Virus genome (UHGV): UHGV-0398751
Length of the DNA: 6,421 bases
Source of the DNA: a virus
Reading direction: 5' to 3' (one strand)
Shown one piece after another: positions 1 through 4,953 of this stretch. Position 1 is the first letter of the stretch. Each line of letters opens with the position of its first letter. The position numbers were made by a program, and so were the translations under genes. Under the pieces are notes generated by a model. The model did no database searches and was not told where the DNA came from. It saw only the letters and a list, made by a program, of their open reading frames with translations.

Positions 1-752
1 AAAAGATCCCGAGTAGAGGGGTTAATAACCATCAAAGGTTTACCAGAAGCATCATAAGCGACAAAACGACAGCCATTATAAAAAGCAGTACGGACGTTAT
101 CCGAATCAAAGGACAAAGGAAAGGAGACTTTATCAACTGCTTTAGTTAAAGAAGGTCTAAGAGTGTCAACATAACGAAATGAAGAGACAGAGGGTGCCGG
201 ATCAGAACCAGCAAGTTCATCAGCTGTTTTAGTAAAAAGCAAGTTTTCATAAGCCGAAAGGGTAAGTCTGCCAGGCATCAAGGTAGTATTACATTGACTT
301 GTCTTGTCTCCAGTATACCAATCCCAAGTAGAAGTAATAGTATTACCAAAATTACCAACCAAAGTAGTAGGAATACCAAGATAGTCCATTAACTGACCGG
401 TCTTCAACATTTTATCAATAATCGTCTGACTGTTGAAATCATGATAAGGTTCTTCAAGACCTGTACGGAAATTTCCTATAAAATCCTTGTAATCTTTCCA
501 AAGAGCACGAAGAGGATAGCGGAAGTAAGCAATACTAGCACGCATGCGTGTTTGTATAGGAAACACCATAGGCATAAGCTGTAATGCCGGAATAGGTTTA
601 GCGCGAAAAGACGTTTTCGCAGGGACTAGTTCACACTGAATAGGTGTAATACGACCTATTTGCGTCGTTAAGTTGTTAACATGTGTCCAATCGAATGTAT
701 TTTGTTTTACATTATTATCGGGTTCTAAGGTTGCATCCCAAATATTTGCCAT
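1..752 (-). CDS. VP1: Major capsid protein VP1 (F-like), N-terminal 250 codons. ATG at 752..750; the frame stays open to position 1 and continues at the window 3' end, since the genome is circular.
   Basis: Manual minus-strand translation has no in-frame stop from 752 to 1. It gives MANIWDATLEPDNNVKQNTFDWTHVNNLTTQIGRITPIQCELVPAKTSFRAKPIPALQLMPMVFPIQTRMRASIAYFRYPLRALWKDYKDFIGNF... This matches the conserved Microviridae VP1/F N-terminal pattern (FDLSH-like FDWTH, GxLxPI, PxxxxxP, RxLW..W.DF). The partial codon at positions 2-1 plus the complement of 6421 gives TTG, which is in frame with the minus ORF ending at 4954. Confidence 0.9.
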   Translation of the reverse strand, partial: MANIWDATLEPDNNVKQNTFDWTHVNNLTTQIGRITPIQCELVPAKTSFRAKPIPALQLMPMVFPIQTRMRASIAYFRYPLRALWKDYKDFIGNFRTGLEEPYHDFNSQTIIDKMLKTGQLMDYLGIPTTLVGNFGNTITSTWDWYTGDKTSQCNTTLMPGRLTLSAYENLLFTKTADELAGSDPAPSVSSFRYVDTLRPSLTKAVDKVSFPLSFDSDNVRTAFYNGCRFVAYDASGKPLMVINPSTRDL

Positions 753-753
753 A

Positions 754-948
754 TTATTTATATTTAATGTTTATACTGGTGCTATCAGCACGTAATGTTG
801 AACTCTGTTCAGTGTTCTGAGAACTACCTGAATTATTCTTAAAGATAGACATACTAGCAGTGCAGCTATCCAAGAAAAGTACAGCGGCTACAGAAACAAT
901 CGCTGTAGCTACAATTTTTACAATCTCATAAATCTGTTCCTTTTTCAT
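754..948 (-). CDS. Small secreted, membrane or lipoprotein-like protein (64 aa). Its stop at 754..756 lies one nucleotide from the VP1 ATG.
   Basis: MKKEQIYEIVK then an 18-residue hydrophobic core IVKIVATAIVSVAAVLFL then DSC (lipobox-like L-x-S-C; TAS also resembles a signal peptidase I site), followed by a polar Ser/Thr/Asn/Gln-rich tail. Same strand as, and tightly coupled to, VP1. Confidence 0.45.
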   Translation of the reverse strand: MKKEQIYEIVKIVATAIVSVAAVLFLDSCTASMSIFKNNSGSSQNTEQSSTLRADSTSINIKYK

Positions 949-1153
949 CCTTTAAGGGGGAATAAGTAGGGTTAACAATCTCTTCAAACGAAGCAAGAAC
1001 AATAAAATCCGGATTATTATCCGAAATAGAAGAACGAATATTCTCAAGCTGAGATGGTCTTCGAAGTTCACCAATATTAATAACGAGTAACGGCTGGAGT
1101 GTTTCACGTGAAACAATTTCCAAAGATCCATAAAGTTTAGTTGGTTTTTCCAT
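926..1153 (-). CDS. Hypothetical acidic small protein (75 aa). It overlaps the start of the 64-aa ORF by 23 nt.
   Basis: ORF on the coding strand of a compact genome, with no obvious motif. Net acidic (about 12 D/E against 8 K/R). It could be a scaffold-like or other accessory protein, but I do not recognise it. Confidence 0.35.
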   Translation of the reverse strand: MEKPTKLYGSLEIVSRETLQPLLVINIGELRRPSQLENIRSSISDNNPDFIVLASFEEIVNPTYSPLKDEKGTDL

Positions 1154-1156
1154 AAC

Positions 1157-1444
1157 TTAATTATTTAAAATTTGACAATTATCCTTAAAGGCATGTTTTT
1201 CAACAACGCCTACAAGTTCAAAATTAGAAGCTTTGCAATAATCTCTAGCATCCTTATAAGCACGAGAGAGAGAAGAAGCAGTCAACATATGAATACCATA
1301 ATAACTTCTGCTAACAGTAAGATACAGGGCAATATATTCTTTTTTCATATTAGTCATTATCAGAAATAGAATGAAGGTAATATCCGGATTTCTCAAAAAC
1401 GCCATCGTATACTTGTTTGGCAATTTCAACAACGGCTTTATCAT
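1157..1444 (-). CDS. Hypothetical protein. It is 95 aa from the ATG at 1444; more likely 63-66 aa from the internal ATG at 1357 or 1348, which begins just after the upstream ORF stop.
   Basis: The long form overlaps the 60-aa ORF by 95 nt in another frame and adds a hydrophobic N-terminus (DITFILFLIM). Starting at M33 (MKKEYIALYLTVSRSYYGIH...), 5 nt separate the stop of ORF 1350..1532 (1350-1352) from the ATG at 1348-1346 on the same strand, with no overlap. The Y-I-A-L-Y...S-Y-Y-G-I spacing is faintly GIY-YIG-like but I do not consider it reliable. Confidence 0.35.
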   Translation of the reverse strand: MIKPLLKLPNKYTMAFLRNPDITFILFLIMTNMKKEYIALYLTVSRSYYGIHMLTASSLSRAYKDARDYCKASNFELVGVVEKHAFKDNCQILNN

Positions 1445-1532
1445 TCAACAAAGACATTAAAGTGTAAGCATCTACTTCAATTTCCCTTTTAATAGTTTTT
1501 TCTGTTGATTTAAATGTTAGTTTTAGTTTCAT
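1350..1532 (-). CDS. Hypothetical small protein (60 aa) immediately downstream of the Rep gene.
   Basis: ORF on the coding strand, 33 nt after the Rep stop. Mixed-charge, probably helical, with no recognisable motif. Confidence 0.35.
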   Translation of the reverse strand: MKLKLTFKSTEKTIKREIEVDAYTLMSLLNDKAVVEIAKQVYDGVFEKSGYYLHSISDND

Positions 1533-1565
1533 AATTATATCTCTTTTTTTTATTACACTACAAAT

Positions 1566-2954
1566 TTACAATATTTCTTTTTCATATGCAAGTTTTATGC
1601 TCTGAATTATGTTATAATTAACATCATTTAAAGATAGCTGTTCTTTTGAAGCAAATCTACGTTTAAGAGAAAGCTCTCTTTTTTCAAGCAATTCAGAACG
1701 GACAGAAATATACGATGCGTCATAGGTTACCAATGATAAGAAACGAACATAATAGTCTAATTCTAACTCAATAGCGAGATTACGTTTGTAAATACGATTA
1801 TAATAACGAGAATCAGGGTTAAGTATTTCGGGCTTGCAATAAGTTTGTACTTTTAAAAACCAGAACTTTTTGTAGATTTCTTTTTCGAGTTTTGAGATCT
1901 TTGGCTGAAGGGGCTCTCCAAGCAACTTATTTAATTGATATTCATTTTGGATACGTTCGGAAATAAGGAGTGTAAACTTTTTAAATGCATCACGGGTAGG
2001 TTTATCTAATACAGCGGAATTACTGGGATAATACAATCGTTTAAAATACGACGGGAGAAACACAGTTTCAGTCTTACCGGAAAATGGATCTGTAACAGAT
2101 ATATCCAAACAATCAGGGTGCTTCATATAAAAATCTTTACAATCACGGGCATAACGAGCACCGAGACCTCCATTTTTACGAGAGGATAAAAAGAATACAG
2201 GACGACATCCTTCAGGAACAGCAGGTTCTTTTCTCATGTATTTCATGACATAGGAAATAACACCTTTATCGCAGGGTTTTACAAGACAGAAGCCAAGAGA
2301 GTCGGTAACAGGCGTACCGTCGGAAAGATATTCTCCAGTAGGCACACGCCAGCAGCGCTCAATAAAATGTAACACAGCAGTAATATTCGGAAAATGTTCA
2401 GAAGGAAATGACCATAGTATGGCATGATAATGAGGACGACCAGACTTATGACCATATTCACCAACAGCAAAATAACGAATGTTCGAAGAATCAATACCTT
2501 TGCGAGTCAAGCTCATACGAAGACGCTTCATGAATAATTGGAATTCTTCTTTAAATACACCATGCTTGGGTAAATGCCTAGGATTGTATGTACATGTAAC
2601 AAACAGAGGCTGAGAGGTAGAATACACATTCTCACAAATGGCACGGAATGACCATTCACGTTTTTTCTTATCACGACAGAGATTACACTTGCCGCAGGGA
2701 ACGACCATAAACATAGGTATAATTTCACCATCAAACGTAGGTATATAGAATTCATCTACATTATCAATAGTTACACCTAAGCGACGACAAGAGTACTTAT
2801 ATTTGGGAAAATAGTAACGATATGCTGCAGCAACATCTTTATCGATAAACACCATACCATTAGGAGTATGATAACGCTTGTATAGAGACAAATTGTAAGC
2901 AAGAGTATGAGCCTGTATAATAACAGGATTAAGGCAAAATATATCTTTATTCAT
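1566..2954 (-). CDS. VP4: Replication initiation protein VP4 (462 aa), a rolling-circle HUH endonuclease (phiX174 gene A-like).
   Basis: Has the three RCR motifs: LFVTCTY (motif 1), GRPHYHAILW (HUH motif 2) and VISYVMKYMRK (Y..K catalytic motif 3). Also a CxxC zinc finger, VVPCGKCNLCRDKKKREW, upstream of motif 1. Confidence 0.93.
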   Translation of the reverse strand: MNKDIFCLNPVIIQAHTLAYNLSLYKRYHTPNGMVFIDKDVAAAYRYYFPKYKYSCRRLGVTIDNVDEFYIPTFDGEIIPMFMVVPCGKCNLCRDKKKREWSFRAICENVYSTSQPLFVTCTYNPRHLPKHGVFKEEFQLFMKRLRMSLTRKGIDSSNIRYFAVGEYGHKSGRPHYHAILWSFPSEHFPNITAVLHFIERCWRVPTGEYLSDGTPVTDSLGFCLVKPCDKGVISYVMKYMRKEPAVPEGCRPVFFLSSRKNGGLGARYARDCKDFYMKHPDCLDISVTDPFSGKTETVFLPSYFKRLYYPSNSAVLDKPTRDAFKKFTLLISERIQNEYQLNKLLGEPLQPKISKLEKEIYKKFWFLKVQTYCKPEILNPDSRYYNRIYKRNLAIELELDYYVRFLSLVTYDASYISVRSELLEKRELSLKRRFASKEQLSLNDVNYNIIQSIKLAYEKEIL

Positions 2955-3002
2955 AACTAATTATCTAGCTCACGGAAGGAGCACTTTACATCAAATCGCA
3001 AT

Positions 3003-3016
3003 AACCGTAAACGGTT
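3003..3016. promoter_or_regulatory. Inverted repeat AACCG-TAAA-CGGTT in the VP2-Rep intergenic region, upstream of the Rep start. Possible operator or Rep-regulatory hairpin.
   Basis: Perfect 5-bp arms with a 4-nt spacer, 50-60 nt upstream of the Rep ATG (2954) and downstream of the VP2 terminator. Confidence 0.3.
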
Positions 3017-3082
3017 GATACACAAGGTGTGTTAGTTGCTTATATATTATCAAGTATTTCGCGAACGATTTTGGAATAAATC

Positions 3083-3110
3083 GTAAAAAGGCGCCCGAAC
3101 AGGGGCGCCA
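3083..3110 (-). terminator. Rho-independent terminator directly after the VP2 stop.
   Basis: On the minus strand: TAA(3116..3114) GTAATTCT GGCGCCC-CTGTTC-GGGCGCC TTTTTACGATTT. It has a 7-bp all-G/C stem (3090..3096 / 3103..3109), a 6-nt loop and a T5 run (complement of the A run at 3085..3089). Confidence 0.6.
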
Positions 3111-3113
3111 GAA

Positions 3114-4283
3114 TTACCTACGTAGACCTTTAACGCCTATAGGCTTGGGTAATCCAATTCCTGTGCCGGAAATGAACGAACCAGCAGAGCCGATCACACC
3201 GGAGACGGAATCTACTATACCTGTAACAAGGTTAACACCTCTTTCAAGGTTTTTAAACGTCTTGTCAGAATCAAGGTTAAACGCGGCTTGGTCACCTTGT
3301 ATATTAATAAGGCGGTCGAGCTTCCCGTACATGCTAGTGCGGGCACGCATCTCTTCTCTGGAAGTGTATTGGGTCTTAACACCTGCTGACTTAAGAGCAG
3401 TATCTGCATTAATATTCAATACAGTAGCGGAACGGGTAGCCAAATATGTAGCAGCTTGCTCGTAATTAAGGCGAATAGTGGAATTATTGACACGCACTTG
3501 TTCCTGAAATTCTGCCACACGCTGACGAAATTCCTTCGAACGCATCATCATACCAAAACGTGTAGCTGCGGTATTCGCATTAATATTTCTGATGTTAGCT
3601 TTAACTTCATCCGCTTTCTTGTATAGCAAATCAGTATTGGCAGCAGCCTCAGTTATACGGGCAGAGGCTAGCTCAGCCTCTTTATGATTCAACTTTCCAA
3701 TAGAATGATTTACATAAATGGTAGAGCGTCCAATCTCCAAAGCTTGCTCATTCTGTGCAGCACGGGTAAGAGCATCAGCAGAGAGAATTTTACCTTCAAT
3801 CTTAAGGTTTTCAGTTTCTTGCCTTGTCTTACCTTTATCAGCCTCTAGTTTCCGAATCTGTGCAGCTACAAGAGATTGACTTACAACGTTGTTAGTGATG
3901 TCTCCAATCGTAGCTTTCTGTCCAATAGCGGAAACATCCGTAGGCGTAGCAGGAGCAACAGGAGTGACAGAAGGGGAAGAAGAAGCAGTGTTTTGAGCAT
4001 TACCACCATAGAACAAATCAGCATTAACACCTGCGTCACGAAGACGTTGGCGCATAGCTTCAGGGCTATTGTATTGGTTTTCTCTGTTCCATTGGTCAAT
4101 ACTCCATTGGTTTGCTTGCTCTGCCATAGCCTTGTTAAATACTCTTGATCTCTCATTTTCTTCACGTTGAAAAGCTATTTGCTTATCAATATTGGCGTTC
4201 TGTTGTTTATTACCAACAACATTACCAAGAAGAGAAGCTCCGCCACTAAGGACAGAGCCAAGAAATTTACTGAAAAATCCCAT
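3114..4283 (-). CDS. VP2: Minor capsid / DNA pilot protein VP2 (389 aa, H-like).
   Basis: Gly-rich hydrophobic N-terminus (MGFFSKFLGSVLSGGASLLGNVVG). Conserved Microviridae VP2 block ...FNKAMAEQANQWSIDQWNRENQYNSPEAMRQRLRDAGVNADLFYGG (the F.E.M...A.QR...AG.NP.L pattern). Long Ala/Gln/Glu-rich coiled-coil middle and a Gly-rich C-terminus. Located immediately after VP1 and the small ORF, as in other microviruses. Confidence 0.85.
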   Translation of the reverse strand: MGFFSKFLGSVLSGGASLLGNVVGNKQQNANIDKQIAFQREENERSRVFNKAMAEQANQWSIDQWNRENQYNSPEAMRQRLRDAGVNADLFYGGNAQNTASSSPSVTPVAPATPTDVSAIGQKATIGDITNNVVSQSLVAAQIRKLEADKGKTRQETENLKIEGKILSADALTRAAQNEQALEIGRSTIYVNHSIGKLNHKEAELASARITEAAANTDLLYKKADEVKANIRNINANTAATRFGMMMRSKEFRQRVAEFQEQVRVNNSTIRLNYEQAATYLATRSATVLNINADTALKSAGVKTQYTSREEMRARTSMYGKLDRLINIQGDQAAFNLDSDKTFKNLERGVNLVTGIVDSVSGVIGSAGSFISGTGIGLPKPIGVKGLRR

Positions 4284-4286
4284 AAG

Positions 4287-4598
4287 CTATTCTCCATATA
4301 ATTGAATGTCAGACTTTTGAGCTTTCATTACACGTTTTTGTGAAAGTTTTTCGGTTTCCCAAACAGAGCACATAGTTGCATCTCGTCTGAATTGCGGTTC
4401 AATATTCCAACTAGCACCTTCTTGTGGAGAAAGGAAATTTTGTGCATTCGGCAGAGAGACGGCTATACCTTTGTCGGTTAAAGCCTTGATATCACTCGGT
4501 GTGAGCGCCAAGCCAGGTTTTGTACAAATGTGATCAACCTCATGATTGTGTACGCATTGACAGGGGTTAAGCTGTGCTTTAAAAATTCTTTTTGCCAT
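4287..4598 (-). CDS. Hypothetical protein (103 aa) with an N-terminal Cys/His cluster. Its stop lies 3 nt before the VP2 ATG.
   Basis: MAKRIFKAQLNPCQCVHNHEVDHICTKPG... carries CxC-x-HxH-x3-H-x-C, which resembles a Zn-binding or HNH-type (xEVDHI) beta-beta-alpha-metal motif. The rest has no known motif. A/T-rich leader and no Shine-Dalgarno sequence, like the other genes. Confidence 0.45.
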   Translation of the reverse strand: MAKRIFKAQLNPCQCVHNHEVDHICTKPGLALTPSDIKALTDKGIAVSLPNAQNFLSPQEGASWNIEPQFRRDATMCSVWETEKLSQKRVMKAQKSDIQLYGE

Positions 4599-4953
4599 AA
4601 TCTTTTGTTTTTAATTGTTTATTTTTATTTGGGCGTTACGGCTAAAGCCGTCGGGCTTTCTGCGGTACACGGTACTGCTGTCAGTCCCTAACGCACGCAA
4701 CAAAGTTGCTATCTTTGTCCGGTATACACCGGAGAGAATCTTTTCACTTTTAATCTTACGAAACTGCAAAGATAAGGTAGAACGCTCGAAATGTCCAATG
4801 AACCTTGCACTAAAAATGATTAAATACGCGCACACGCAAGCGCGCGCACGCATTTAACAATTTTTACTACAAGAACCCTTGGTCATATCGCTCGTTCTGC
4901 TTGTGAAAGCAGTGTCGGAAGAAAAAAAGAAAAAACATTCTCTTTTTCACCAA
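4599..4953 (-). promoter_or_regulatory. Largest non-coding region (355 nt) between the VP1 stop and the next gene. It is hairpin-rich and locally GC-rich. Candidate promoter and ssDNA replication-origin or primosome-assembly-like region.
   Basis: No credible ORF on the coding strand. Hairpins at 4638..4651 (ACGGC-TAAA-GCCGT), 4700..4718 (ACAAAG-7nt-CTTTGT), 4719..4732 (CCGGT-ATAC-ACCGG) and 4897..4912 (CTGCTT-GTGA-AAGCAG). Quasi-palindrome TTAAAT-[CG/CA alternating 26 nt]-ATTTAA at 4820..4857. CACGCAA occurs at 4694..4700 and 4833..4839. The ATG of ORF 4287..4598 follows an A/T-rich leader typical of Bacteroidetes. Confidence 0.5.

Noticed and set aside
1172-1369. Plus-strand 65-aa ORF. Similar plus-strand ORFs at 3145..3465, 3876..4148, 4615..4857 and 6070..6282.
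   Set aside because: All lie antisense to well-supported minus-strand genes or within the structured non-coding region. Every credible gene in the genome is on the minus strand, as expected for a microvirus. Their low-complexity compositions (Pro-rich, Ile-rich) are typical of antisense frames.
2528-2755. Embedded same-strand alternative-frame ORFs: 2528..2755 in Rep, 3215..3409 and 3881..4165 in VP2, and 5946..6275 in VP1.
   Set aside because: They are hydrophobic or low-complexity products of off-frame reading through A/T-rich coding sequence. No start-site context or coupling supports them. I raised only the most extreme one (2279..2494), as a low-interest finding.
4284-4300. Shine-Dalgarno-like GGAGA 9-13 nt upstream of the VP2 ATG.
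   Set aside because: It lies within the last codons (LYGE) of the upstream ORF. No other gene in the genome has an SD-like sequence, so it is probably a coincidence in an SD-independent (Bacteroidetes-type) context.
4700-4718. tRNA-like anticodon stem-loop (ACAAAG / TTGCTAT / CTTTGT, with U at loop position 2 and a GCT triplet).
   Set aside because: I could not build an acceptor stem, D-arm or T-arm with a TTC-type loop around it on either strand. The neighbouring hairpin (4719..4732) has a 4-nt loop, not a T-loop. I treat it as one of several ssDNA hairpins, not a tRNA.
4897-4940. Hairpin CTGCTT-GTGA-AAGCAG followed on the plus strand by a long A-run; it looks like an intrinsic terminator.
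   Set aside because: As read from the plus strand it would be a plus-strand terminator, but there are no plus-strand genes. On the coding (minus) strand the T-run precedes the hairpin, which is the wrong order for a terminator of the VP1 transcript. I kept it as one of the ssDNA hairpins in the long intergenic region.
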